Assembly: GCA_002269645.1 (NCBI GenBank)
Contig: NIVC01000654.1
Location: forward strand, 367,255-431,254
DNA: 64,000 bases
From: Macrostomum lignano
Lineage: Eukaryota
Direction: 5' to 3'
Each line of letters opens with the position of its first letter. Position 1 is the stretch's first letter. The position numbers were made by a program, and so were the translations under genes. The notes beneath the pieces were generated by a model that saw nothing but the letters and a program-made list of their open reading frames with translations, searched no databases and had not been told where the DNA came from. Of this stretch, positions 1-12,599 are shown piece after piece.

Positions 1-133
1 GAATAAACAACAAAAGGCCACTATTATTAATTTTCATACTTAAAATTCATAATTGAAGTCTTGTGTTCTACTCAACAACAGATCTAGATAGTCGCATCAA
101 GTACCAAGAACTAAAACAACAACACGAACTCAC

Positions 134-260
134 CTGTAACTGCAGCGTCTTCTCCAAATTCCTTTGCTGTTCATCTTTTAATCGTTCTTTTAAACTGGCA
201 TTAGCTGTCTGAGCAGTGGCCAATTCGGCTGTTAATCGTTGGACCTCTTCGTTGAGATCG
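134..260 (-). CDS. Internal exon of an unidentified Pro-rich/coiled-coil protein (continues beyond the window start)
   Basis: Acceptor ctaatgcattgccag| and donor CAG|GTGAGT. Reads (S)DLNEEVQRLTAELATAQTANASLKERLKDEQQRNLEKTLQLQ with heptad character. Phase matches the exon at 1713-1466. Confidence 0.75.
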
Positions 261-559
261 CTGGCAATGCATTAGGTGGTAGTAGCTTGTATATATTAGG
301 GTTTAGTTTAATCTAAACACAGAGCCAGCACTTTAGACTGAAGCTCCATAAGTTAAAAGACCTGACGCCAACTTATCTGAAGCCTGAAGGTCTGCTTGCT
401 GCTTGAAGCTGCATTGCCTAAAGCCGGAAAACCTGAACCTGAAGCTACCCTATGTGAAGAAGAAACTTGAACCTACCCTACCTGAAGCAAATTACCAATT
501 TAACCCGGTAAACCTGAGCCTACTAACCCCCACCCTTAAGCTATTCTCAATCTCAAATT

Positions 560-1290
560 AAAGCCGGTAAACCTGAAGCTAGACCCTACCCTGAAGCTAC
601 CTACCCCACACTCAAGCTATTCTCAAATTAAAGCCGGTAAACCTGAAGCTACCTACCCTACCCTGAAGCTACCTACCCCACACTCAAGCTATTCTCAAAT
701 TAAAGCCGGTAAACCTGAAGCTACCTACCCCACACTCAAGCTATTCTCAAATTAAAGCCGGTAAACCTGAAGCTACCTACCCCCACCCTGAAGCTACCTA
801 CCCCCACCCTGAAGCTACCTACCCCCACCCTGAAGCTACCTACCCCCACCATGAAGCTACCTACCCCCACCTTGAAGCTACCTACCCCCACCTTGAAGCT
901 ACCTACCCGCACTCCGAAGCTACCTACCCCCACCCTGAAGCTACCTACCCCCACCCTGAAGCTACCTACCCCCACCCTGAAGCTACCTACCCCCACCCTG
1001 AAGCTACCTACCCGCACTGTGAAGCTACCTACCCCCACCCTGAAGCTACCTACCCTACCTGAAGCTATTCTCAAATTAAAGACGGTAAACCAGAAGCTAC
1101 CTACCCCCACCCTGAATCTACCTACCCCCACCCTGAAGCTACCTACCCTACCTGAAGCTATTCTCAAATTAAAGACGGTAAACCAGAAGCTACCTACCCC
1201 CACCCTGAATCTACCTACCCCCACCCTGAAGCTACCTACCCTACCTGAAGCTATTCTCAAATTAAAGACGGTAAACCTGAAGCTACCTAC
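560..1290. repeat. Intronic 21-bp minisatellite (ctgaagctacctacccccacc) with longer composite units
   Basis: Visible tandem periodicity. Explains the LKLPTPT and VGVGSFR ORFs. Confidence 0.95.
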
Positions 1291-1465
1291 TCTTAATGCG
1301 GAATGCCTGAAACTACCGTACCCAACTGAAGTCTGAATATCTGAGGCAACCCTACAGTTACCTAAAGGCCTGAAGCTGCTAGAACCCAGAAGCTACAATC
1401 AATGCTGAAACTTCAAGAGGCAAAGTCTACTAACTAGACAAAATAAGTTAATAAAAGCCACTAAC

Positions 1466-1713
1466 CTAACCCAACGCCGAGATGCTTCCAGTTCGGCAGA
1501 GCTCGCTCCAACAGCGCTGGCCGACGAAGTTGGCGGCACAGGCGGTCGCAACGGATGCAGGTGATGACCGCCAGGGACCAGGTGGGCGTAGCCCGGCGGC
1601 GGTACAGGCGGAGGCGGAACAGCAGCCGCCGAGGTCCAGCGCTGCTGATATTCGGCCGGACTCACGCCCGGCGGCGGCGGATTCGAATAGAGAGATGAGC
1701 CCGAGGAATGCAT
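1466..1713 (-). CDS. Probable first coding exon of the same Pro-rich/coiled-coil protein
   Basis: ORF MHSSGSSLYSNPPPPG...ELEASRRWV, GC-rich. Donor AG|GTTAGT at 1465 gives phase 2, which joins in frame to exon 260-134. Confidence 0.65.
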
Positions 1714-1845
1714 GAGCAGCGGTGGCGACGCGATTTTTTGGCATTTTCATACGCTTGTATAGGATGGGGGATTTTGGTAGCTTGAAATCATGGGCTGTGG
1801 ATCGGTGTAGCTGGAGTCTGGATTCTTAATTCAGACAAAGGCTGA

Positions 1846-2905
<1,060 letters not shown>

Positions 2906-4680
2906 ATCAGACTCCATCCCTACTAAAAATCAAGTCAACCTAAATAAGACACGATGATATAACTACTAGATATAACTATAACTAAATAGCCATAATAACA
3001 GAAGTGGCACTGTTTATGATTAAAACTATTTTAAAGCTGAAGTACGAACAAAGCACTCATCGAGTTGTCCTATTAAGCCTGTAAATAACGCTTTCCAAAT
3101 CAGCTGAGACGTAGGCAAGAAAATAAAGGCAAAGCTAATTAAAAGCAGAATTACTTGATGAGTATAAATTAGCAAGCAGCTTTATTTATAACAACTGAAA
3201 CTGAGTACACAATAACAGAAAAAAGCACCAGAGCAGCAGACCGGAAATCAACCGGAAAATTAAAACAAGCACGCGAAAGAGGAAACTGGCCAGCATTGAA
3301 ATTAAGCTGTCTGAAGGAACTGAAAAAGCATAGTTGGTACGATACCAATGCTATAATTTTGGCGAAAAGAATGATCTTGAACACCGGCATATGCAAATTA
3401 CAAACTTAAAAAGCTGTAAAACGAAACAGATAAATTTATATTAAATATAGTTTAAACCAGAATTAAATTAATTTGGCAAACAATCAGGGAAAAGAAAATA
3501 GGGAAAAGAAAATTAGGGAAAAATAAACTGTAATACGAAGCATATGAAGCAACTATTAATACTATATGAACATAGTACCTAAGCAGAAAAACTGGACGAA
3601 CTGATAACTGATAATTGTATTGAAGAAGCTGAAGAATCAAACAAAAAATAGTTGCAGAATAAAAGCAAACAAAATATGCAGCAAAATATATAAACGCAAC
3701 GAGTTTTCTAAAGCAACAAATAAATTAATAAAAATAAATGCCTACAAGCACCCAAGAAAGTAACTATAGTTGTACTTTTGGATGGAATACATGTAGCAGA
3801 TACTAAACGCATGTAAAAATGACTAACATATTTGTTGTGAATTTTTTTCTTGTCTAGCGTAATTGCGTTCGTTTAGCGGAACAGAATTACAAACTGGTAG
3901 AGACAAAATGAGGGTACAATATTGGTAAAAAGCCAAAGGAAATGTTTTAATTGCTTATCTACTTTATTAACGGGTACCAATTAGAGCTTATATAGTTTGG
4001 TTGTAAAAGTAACGGATAAAAGGGTTGCACTAGTGACACAACAGCACATTAAAAAGATGAGCCATTTTATTATCGATTTTTTTGAAAAAGCCACCTCACC
4101 TCCAACCCGCCCCATAGCGCGTGCAGGACGGTTGAGGCTTATCGATTTTTTAGGCTCCTTACCCCAGTCCCCCCCGCCACGTACTATAAACACAAAGCGC
4201 GTGCCAGGGGTTTGAGGCTTATCGATTTTTCTAGTCGACCGTACCATAAACCGGCTAACAGTTTTCTACCCCTAGGCCGGCATCCCAAAACCCATTTAAA
4301 AGCTTAGGACTTGTGCGCGCTTTAGTCAAGGCCTACTTAAGTAACTATGTTTCCTAGAAAATGTTTGAGGCGGGTTTTTGCCACCCAAAAACACATCCAA
4401 AGTTGTATTTTCCGTCTACTTAAGTAGTCCTTGGGTTTAGTTTTAATCGGCTTAAAGATACATATTGCAATGTATTTAGAAACGGGAGATTAAATAATGT
4501 TTTTTATTGTTTGCGTTTAAAGTTTGAAGAGAAGACGACAAATATTTTGAAAAGTAGACTTGAATACGAAACGCGTTAGCAATGCGTGAGCGCCAACATA
4601 AAAGGCTACAGGCCAGCAGAAAAGCTTGAACGGGATAAAGATTGGCTTGAAAAACTAAAACTAAAGTAAACACAGGTATA

Positions 4681-5229
4681 TTAGACGAACACTTTCCCAA
4701 CAATGGTTCCATGCGAATCGACACTAATAGCCAAATTAGAATCCTTAACTGGATAGGCTTTGTCTGGTAGAACTCGACCAATTAATACGCAATCAATTAG
4801 CCATAGCGGACACACTGACATAGCATTTAATCGGCAACAGCCAATGCATATTGGAGCTGATCGATAGCTATCAACAGTGCGACCTCCGGCTGCACGAATT
4901 AGCTTGAGCAACTGCGCCCGATCGAGGCCGGTCAACGATGGAGCAATGTACATTTCGGCAAGCTTAGCAAACAGTTTCGATCGCTTCTTCTCTTCAGTAG
5001 CAGTTAACGAAGAAGAACAATCATGCGCAACTCTAGAAGCCAAACTACTGGCCTGCTGAGCCACACTGTAGCTATTCATTGGCAGCCAGGAGCGTTTAGC
5101 TAAACTGTCAATGATCCAATCGATGCTAACTATAGGCACACTGTAAGCTAGTGCGGAGAGCACAGCCAATGTCCGCTTGGGTGGATTACAAGTCACTAGC
5201 ACGGCTGTATTCGACGACAGCGTGTCCGA
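4681..5229 (-). CDS. MCPH1: Microcephalin last exon (C-terminal tandem BRCT2/BRCT3)
   Basis: Acceptor ctcttcag|TCG, phase 0. NPPKRTLAVLSALAYSVPIVSIDWIIDSL and LLKLIRAAGGR...PLWLIDCV align by recall to the MCPH1 BRCT pair. Stop at 4681-4683. Confidence 0.88.
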   Translation of the reverse strand, partial: SDTLSSNTAVLVTCNPPKRTLAVLSALAYSVPIVSIDWIIDSLAKRSWLPMNSYSVAQQASSLASRVAHDCSSSLTATEEKKRSKLFAKLAEMYIAPSLTGLDRAQLLKLIRAAGGRTVDSYRSAPICIGCCRLNAMSVCPLWLIDCVLIGRVLPDKAYPVKDSNLAISVDSHGTIVGKVFV

Positions 5230-5505
5230 CTGAAGAGGGAGTAAATAAAAACAATATGATTTAATAAACGATAAAGCTACTAATAATAAGGGGGTCAATT
5301 ACATTAGGACAGCTATTGCTAAAATTGCGACTCAAGAAAAAAACTATTTTAACTATACGATCGTAAATTACGGAAGTTGCTATATTGCGACGATTGGCTC
5401 TTTTTGCAACTTTGAAATGCCATTGGTGGCGGCAATTCTAGCTGATGTTCCTACTAATATAAATGCATTACTAATAAAAGTTCTAATAGGAAAGCAAGAA
5501 CATAC

Positions 5506-8500
5506 CGTCACCAGACTGTAAGTCTCCGGCATGCGACCCAATGCTCTTTGAACCGTACGACGCTGCTCGGAACTGAGACCGCTAACTGATAATAATGGCA
5601 ATTGAAAATCGTCTAAAGATCGACGCGACGGTACAGAATTAGTACTAGTAGAGCTGCAAGCCTGGCTAGCCTGACTAATCTGGCTAGACGAACCAGTGCT
5701 ATTCTTTTTGTTAGTTTTATCTTTGCTGGTGACATTGGTTTCTACGGCAGTTTTGCCAGTTGATAAGTTCCGTTGAGATCGGCGTCGCTTTAATGTTCGT
5801 TGAACTGGTTGGCTGACAGTCCTACTACTAGTAGTAGTAGTAGTAGCAGTAGATGTAACACTCGATGCGTACGAAGAACTTTCAATAATAGACAAGCCTG
5901 ACGCTGTAGTAGTAGTAGTAGTAGTTGCTGACTGCCTCCGACCGCTAATGCGTCGAACTGACGATGGAGGCGCAGGTGACTTCTTATTAGCACTACGAGG
6001 CTTGGTAGTTTTGTTTGTAGATTCACTATTGCAAGCGTCGAGAATGCCCATACCAGATGTGTCGGATGCTGTAGAAGCTTGCGAGCATGCGGCAGAAGCA
6101 GATGCATCTGTAGCAGCCTGCGGCGTTAACTTTGCACCGGACGATTCTTCGGCAATGTCTAACAGAGTGACAGGATTGGCAGAAGCCGCAGTTTGTGCTT
6201 TTGATAACAAGCTGCGAGTTTCTTTATCTAGATTCGACTGACAGCGAATATCCCACAAAGCAACGCGAGGAGACGAATTTCGAGCAACCAGCTGTTCCGA
6301 AACTTTTGAAGTTGTTGACAATGACATGACAGGCGTAGAAGTCTGTGCCGATGAAGCTTGAGGCGTTGCCGATGACGCTTGAGGCGTTGTCGAAGTAGGA
6401 GTAGTGGGGGTGTCAACGGCGGAAACGGGAATAACGGAAGAAGACGACTTTAAAGGCGCCGACGATCGATTCGCAATGGACTCGATACTGGCAACGTCAA
6501 CATTAGCGGCAAATGTGATTCTACGAGACTGTCTCTGCTGCGAGTCTTTACTAGTGCTAGCCGATTGAAGAATCGACTTTCGAATCGACGAAGCCGTTGA
6601 TAGCTGCGAACTAGAGGCTGCTTCTTGCGAGAGTGATCCAGTAGACGGAGGCGGCTTCTGCTGCTGCGCAGGAGGCGTTTCAAAGCGACCATTGGTTTTC
6701 AATATAGCCGCTAGGCCCGTCTGCAATTCGCCAAAATCGGATGTCATTACGGCGGGCAGCTGCCGAGCTACCAAGCAGTTGGGCTTAGTAGGACCAAAAC
6801 GGAATCGATGATTATGACTAATATTTGAGACTTTTTTAACGGCACCAGTAGAACCAGTTCGTTTCACATTGGTTCCGCTGCCGCCGCGACCGGGCAAATT
6901 GGCAACGACCTGACTAGGCGATGGAGCCATACACAATTTAGCAGCCTGATTGTTGCTTTTTTGAGCTAGCAAGCGTAGCACAGGCTTTGGAAATGCACGA
7001 TAACAGGCTACCTGATCGGCTGTAGCCGGAGAATCGGTCGGCTCCGATAGTTCATCGTCTTCAGCCGTATAGAGTCGGCGATATTTTGGCCGTTTATCTT
7101 GAGCCCCAGTTTTATGAGTCAAATTTATTGGCGACGAATCGTTTCCGATTGTTGCCGTTGGAGATGGCAATTCAATGCCGTCGAATGGCCGTCGAGGAGG
7201 CGGCACTTGCGACGGCGCCTTTGACGTGGTAGCTTCACTGGTAGCCAGATTAGCGACTGACTTTTCGTTTTGAAGCATCATTAAACTGCGCTTCTGCCGA
7301 TTGTAGCGCCGCTGCTCGGCCGAACTAACGCAGGAAACAACGCGCGCAGAATCGTTCGGCGACTGCGAAGAACGCGATCGTCGAGATCGAGAATTCACAG
7401 GCGTCATTGCTGTCGTGTTTGATGAAGCTTTTAACGATAATGACTGACGGCGACTGCTAGTTCGCCGACGAGCAACACCAGATGGGGTTGCATCGTCTAA
7501 ATTACGCAATTCTACTGATGAGGCTTGCGAACTAGACAGAGAGTCGGAGAATGATGCACAAAAATCGTCTGTCTCGGCGTTGTACAGACGACGCTTGCCA
7601 GGACGCGGGCGAAGTGGCACGGCAGCTGGCTGGGGAGGTGGCGCGGGTTCTGCTGCAGGTTCTGGCGCATGTTCTAGCGCAGGTACTGGCGCGGGTTCGG
7701 GTTCCAACGATAACTGAGGAACAGGCGTTGTCTCAACAACAATATTGGCTTCATTTTCCTGAGCTGGCGTCTCGGGAGCAAGGATGACAGCAGGTTTCTT
7801 AGAATCCTCATCGACAGACTTTTTGTCGTCGCGTCCAACAACATCCCGATTTTCGTCACCATCTTCAACGTCGCTGCCAACAGATGACGAGTCGCTCAGA
7901 CTGCCGTTGAATCGAATACCGTCGCGTCGCTGCTGGTCTAAACGTTCTTGGAGCTCTTTCATCGATGGCGGTGTCGTTGGAACGCGAAGCTTCACGGATA
8001 GATAATAATTATCGTTGAAATTGGCGTACTCCTCAGCCGACTTCTGGCAGGCAATTTTCAACGAATCTACAACCGCAGTTTTCATGCGCTTTCTACGCAA
8101 ACGATCCGCGCTAGACTTAAGCTCCTTCTCCGGGTCGAGTCCAGGCTGCATAAACCGACGCCTCTGCTTGCGCAGCTGATTCAACAGAGGCGACGATGTG
8201 CCACCAGCTGAGTTGTCGTCCGCTGACCAAGCGCCAGCTGGGAGCAGGAACGGTTCGTGACTAACTTGACGTTTAGCTTTAATGCAGGCTAAGGGCCAGC
8301 TTACAGAGACCATTGGAATGCCGTGCTTAACAGCAAAATCGTGAGTCTTTTTTCTACCAGCACGATAGAGAATGTGAGTGACGCTTAAATTAACCCGGTC
8401 GCTAATGCTTGCGCCCAGACGGGTCATCTCTTCGGCAATGCCTTCGCTGCGATCTTCAATACCTTGACGAATTTCAACGTAGAATCTTACGCCGGTCAGC

Positions 8501-8700
8501 AGGCGACTAAGATCAAAGGGTTCCGCCGACTCATTATCCACTGACTTGGTTGCTTCTGACGTTTTTGCTACGGGAGTCGATGTTGGTGCGGCAGCTTCGG
8601 CGACTAGACCAGATGAGGAAGATTCTGAATCGGACTGGATTTCTATCGGGGCCGTAGCCCTGCCGTTTGTTACGGCGTGTGACCGCACAGCCGTGGCAGC
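5506..8700 (-). CDS. MCPH1: Microcephalin large exon (N-terminal BRCT, long S/T-rich linker, start of BRCT2)
   Basis: LLTGVRFYVEIR...VTHILYRAGRKKTHDFAVKHGIPMVSVSWPLAC followed by RRRFMQP matches MCPH1 BRCT1 and its KRKCMQP motif. Acceptor ctaatgttgcag| at 8701; donor ACG|GTATGT at 5505. Confidence 0.88.
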
Positions 8701-8739
8701 CTGCAACATTAGGTATAGAACAAATAAACATATAAATTC

Positions 8740-9175
8740 GATTCTACAGGTTGCTTTGGGGCGATTTTACAGGTTGCTTGTGGGCTATTCTGCAGGATGA
8801 TTGTGAGCGATTCTACAGGTTGCTTGTGGGCGATTCTGCAGGATGCTTGTGGGCGATTCTACAGGTTGCTTTAGGGCGATTCTACAGGTTGCTTGTGGGC
8901 GATTCTACAGGTTGCTTGTGGGCGATTCTGCAGGTTGCTTGTGGGCGATTCTGGAGGATGCTTGTGAGCGATTCTACAGGTTGCTTTAGGGCGATTCTAC
9001 AGGTTGCTTGTGGGCGATTCTACAGGTTGCTGTAGGGCTATTCTACAGGTTGCTTTAGGGCGATTCTACAGGTTGCTTTTGGGCGATTGTACAGATTGCT
9101 TTAGGGCAATTCTACAGGTTGCTTGTGGGCGATTCTACAGGTTGATTGTGGGTGATTCTACAGGTTGCTGGTGGG
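8740..9175. repeat. 23-bp minisatellite (gattctacaggttgcttgtgggc) just upstream of the MCPH1 acceptor
   Basis: Visible tandem periodicity. Confidence 0.93.
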
Positions 9176-10257
9176 CGTTTCTAAAAATAAAGATTAACTT
9201 ACTCGACTAAACAAAGAACATAAATAAACATAAGACAAAAACTACTGCAATTGTGATCAAAGCTTAATAGCAAACAAATTGTTTTCTCTAAGCCCAAGAC
9301 AAAAAAGATAATAAGGAAAAACAGAAGAATGGATTAGGGAACCATGGATTATGGATTATGGATCCAGGACAATAACTATTATATAAATAGTAGAAGGTAC
9401 AAAGACGAACATCAATTCAGTGCACCCAGCTTAGCTATTGTGTAACTGTCCCAGGAAGCGAGACCAACAATCAAATAAGAGGGCAATAATTAAGAGTATG
9501 ACAGACGCATGACGAAGTGAGACAGGGTAGTAACTAATCCTGGAAATTTTTCCAGAGCCAATTCACGGCAAAAAACGGTTGCTACACGACTATACGCTTG
9601 GTTAGCTTTAAGAGGAGCAGGCAAATTTATTTACTTAAACAAGCGCAATATACAAGATGCTACTTATATTACTACTTGAACAAGTAACAAATCATGTACA
9701 TTGACCGGATAAGTTTAATACACTGGTTAGATTTAGCTACTTAATTTAAATATCCTCATTAGAAGGGAAGATGGTATTTAATTAGCGAATTACATTAATA
9801 AACTGAGGATATTTGGAAAGCCGAATAAATGTAGAATAATGTTTTCATATGCCGATTATTTTATCAGTAACGCATGCACTTCTATTAGCAGAATAAATGA
9901 CATTTTCCTGCATTCTATTTCGGTATTAATTTGCCGCGCATACTACTTAAAACTGCTAGGCAGCCAGAGTCAATAAGCTGGCCCCCAAGGTATTTTTCTT
10001 AGCTAAAAACACTAAAAGAACGATTTATTGTTCAATGCGAGGCATTACCATTTCTAGATAAAATTCCGGGTGGGTGCGGTGCTCTAATTAAGACATAAGG
10101 AGAGTTAGGCATTCTCAATTATATTAGCACAGACAAGCACGAATAAATAAACAAAAATTTAGGATGAAACCAACTATTTTTTAAACATTTTTCGCTTGTT
10201 TCTCGCTGATTCGTCAAAGTGTGCTCAGCCCAAACGATGCTATGAATAACATCTAGT

Positions 10258-10605
10258 TTAGCTTTCCTCTTCGAAGCACTCGTTTAGCAAGAAATTCGCG
10301 GCCGCGTCCTCGTTTTTATCGCAGGCAAAGTACGCCTCGATAACCATGTGCTCGGGGAAGCCGAGGTCTTTTAGCCGATCGATTGCCGCCCGCTCCTCAG
10401 GTGTGACGCGCAGCAAAGTCTGTCTGGGCTGCTGCTGGCCTCCACCGCCGCCTCCGCCCTGTTGGCCGCCAACGGCCGGTTCGCTTTCGTCCGGCGATTC
10501 GTTCAAAAATCGCAAAAATTCCTCCTGATTAGCTTGGATCTCCTGCAGCAGCTGCGGATTGCTTTGACCAATTTGTTGAAGCAAGGTTGGAAGCAACGAT
10601 TGGTC
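10258..10605 (-). CDS. RAD23: RAD23 last exon (XPC-binding domain and UBA2)
   Basis: DQSLLPTLLQQIGQSNPQLLQEI...VTPEERAAIDRLKDLGFPEHMVIEAYFACDKNEDAAANFLL. Acceptor caacag|GAC, phase 0. Confidence 0.95.
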   Translation of the reverse strand, partial: DQSLLPTLLQQIGQSNPQLLQEIQANQEEFLRFLNESPDESEPAVGGQQGGGGGGGQQQPRQTLLRVTPEERAAIDRLKDLGFPEHMVIEAYFACDKNEDAAANFLLNECFEEES

Positions 10606-10701
10606 CTGTTGAGGCATTGTGCAGTTGTGCTAGTTTATGCAAATTTGCGAACTAGAGCATCGCCTATATTATAGTCCAATTGGCGTCCATCATTGCCTAA
10701 C

Positions 10702-11044
10702 CTGAGCTATAAACCACACTAATTAGCGTCTACAATTGCCTCACCTGAGCTATAAACCACACTAATTAGCGCCTACAATTGCCTCACCTGAGCTATAAAC
10801 CACACTAATTAGCGTCTACAATTGCCTCACCTGAGCTATAAACCACACTAATTAGCGTCTACAATTGCCTTACCTGAGCTATAAACCACACTAATTAGCG
10901 TCCATCATTGCCTCACCTGAGCTATAAACCACACTAATTAGCGTCCATCATTGCATCACCTGGGCTATAAACCACACTAATTAGCGTCCATCATTACCTC
11001 ACCTGAGCTATAAACCACACTAATTAGCGTCATCATTGCCTCAC
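10702..11044 (-). repeat. Eight 42-43 bp tandem units at the 5' end of a RAD23 intron, each starting GT and ending CAG on the sense strand
   Basis: Plus-strand (a)cctg junctions recur every 43 nt from about 10701 to 11044. Unit: GTGAGGCAATTGTAGACGCTAATTAGTGTGGTTTATAGCTCAG. Confidence 0.93.
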
Positions 11045-11395
11045 CTGGGCTACTACCCGTCTTAGCATCTGGAACTGCGGCCACTGACGAAGCTGCTCAA
11101 CAAAGCTGCTGCTGCCGCCACCACCGCCTCCGCCGCCGCTACCTCCTCCGCTGCCGCCTTCGCTGCCCCCTTCCTCGTCGTCGTCATCTGCTTCTCCGCC
11201 GCCGCCTTCTGGAGCGGCGGGAATATTCCCAGACAGAAGATACTCGGCAGCTCGGTCTGGATTATTATAGCTGGCTCCCATAGCGGCCACAACGCGTTCG
11301 CGCGGGAATCCCATGTTGACTAGGTTAGCAACGGCCTGCTCGTATTCTTCGCCGTGGACAAGGGTGTTCTCACGCTCGGGTGGTTTCACGTCCGA
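11045..11395 (-). CDS. RAD23: RAD23 exon (UBA1, Gly-rich linker, start of XPC-binding domain)
   Basis: [45 protein letters not shown]. Acceptor ttccag|TCG; donor CAG|GTGAGG. Confidence 0.95.
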
Positions 11396-11504
11396 CTGGA
11401 AGCAATATAAATTAATTTAGACAGATAATACTGTTGTATTCGATATTGTTGTTTGTCAGGCTTAACCTGAATTGGAAGGGAAAGATCAACCAAAGGGGAG
11501 GGGG

Positions 11505-12200
11505 GATCTGAAGGAAGGGGAGGATCAACTGAAAGAAGGGGAGGATCAACTGAAAGAAGGGGAGGATCAACTGAAAGAAGGGGAGGATCAACTGAAAGAA
11601 GGGGAGGATCAACTGAAAGAAGGGGAGGATCAACTGAAAGAAGGGGAGGATCAACTGAAAGAAGGGGAGGATCAACTGAAAGAAGGGGAGGATCAACTGA
11701 AAGAAGGGGAGGATCAACTGAAAGAAAGGGATGATCAACTGAAAGAAGGGGAGGATCAACTGAAAGAAAGGCAGTATCAACTGAAAGAAGGGGAGGATCA
11801 ACTGAAAGGAAGGGATGATCAACTGAAAGAAGGGGAGGATCAACTGAAAGAAAGGGAGTATCAACTGAAAGAAGGGGAGGATCAACTGAAAGAAAGGGAT
11901 GATCAACTGAAAGAAAGGGATGATCAACTGAAAGAAGGGGAGGATCAACTGAAAGAAGGGGAGGATCAACTGAAAGAAGGGGAGGATCAACTGAAAGAAA
12001 GGGAGGATCAACTGAAAGAAGGGGAGGATCAACTGAAAGAAGGGGAGGATCAACTGAAAGAAGGGGAGGATCAACTGAAAGAAGGGGAGGATCAACTGAA
12101 AGAAAGGGAGGATCAACTGAAAGAAAGGGAGGATCAACTGAAAGAAGGGGAGGATCAACTGAAGGAATTGAAGGATCAACTGAAAGAAAGGGGAGGATCA
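11505..12200. repeat. Intronic 21-bp minisatellite (gaaggggaggatcaactgaaa)
   Basis: Tandem periodicity inside the RAD23 intron 12302-11396. Confidence 0.97.
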
Positions 12201-12302
12201 ACTGAAGGAAGGGGTGGGTCGACTGAAGGGGACGATAGGCTCAAGAAATCTGTCTAGGAATTAAGCCTGCTAACATGAGAGAAAACTACAAGACAAACTT
12301 AC

Positions 12303-12599
12303 ACTGGCAGTAGTAGTACTGGGAGCAGCAGCTGGAGCAGTAGGCTCTCCTGTTTCAGCAGAGTCTCCAACTGGAGCTGCTGCAGCAGCAGGCGTCTCAG
12401 CAGCTGGAGCAGGTTCAGCCGCGGCTGGCGCAGGCTTTGGCTTAGTTGCCATGACAACAATAAAGCCCGTCTCAGTGACGCCATACTTTTCCAACGTGTC
12501 ATCGTCAGACATAACTTTGCCAGAATAGATTAGGCGTTGATACTCAGTTGGAAATGCATCGCCCTGCGACTTAGCAATCAGTTCCTTGAGAGCTTTGAC
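12303..12599 (-). CDS. RAD23: RAD23 exon (most of the ubiquitin-like domain and Ala/Pro linker)
   Basis: VKALKELIAKSQGDAFPTEYQRLIYSGKVMSDDDTLEKYGVTETGFIVVMATKPK resembles the RAD23B UBL. Acceptor ccaatcag|GTC; donor AGT|GTAAGT. Confidence 0.93.

Noticed and set aside
8701-8709. ORF-track start MLQ for MCPH1 and ORF-track C-terminus ...KQKEPIVAI
   Set aside because: The ATG lies within an acceptor motif, and 5505-5380 is intron read-through. BRCT2 continues in exon 5229-4681.
11472-12257. 261-aa EGEDQLK coiled-coil-like ORF
   Set aside because: Antisense translation of a 21-bp repeat inside a well-defined RAD23 intron.
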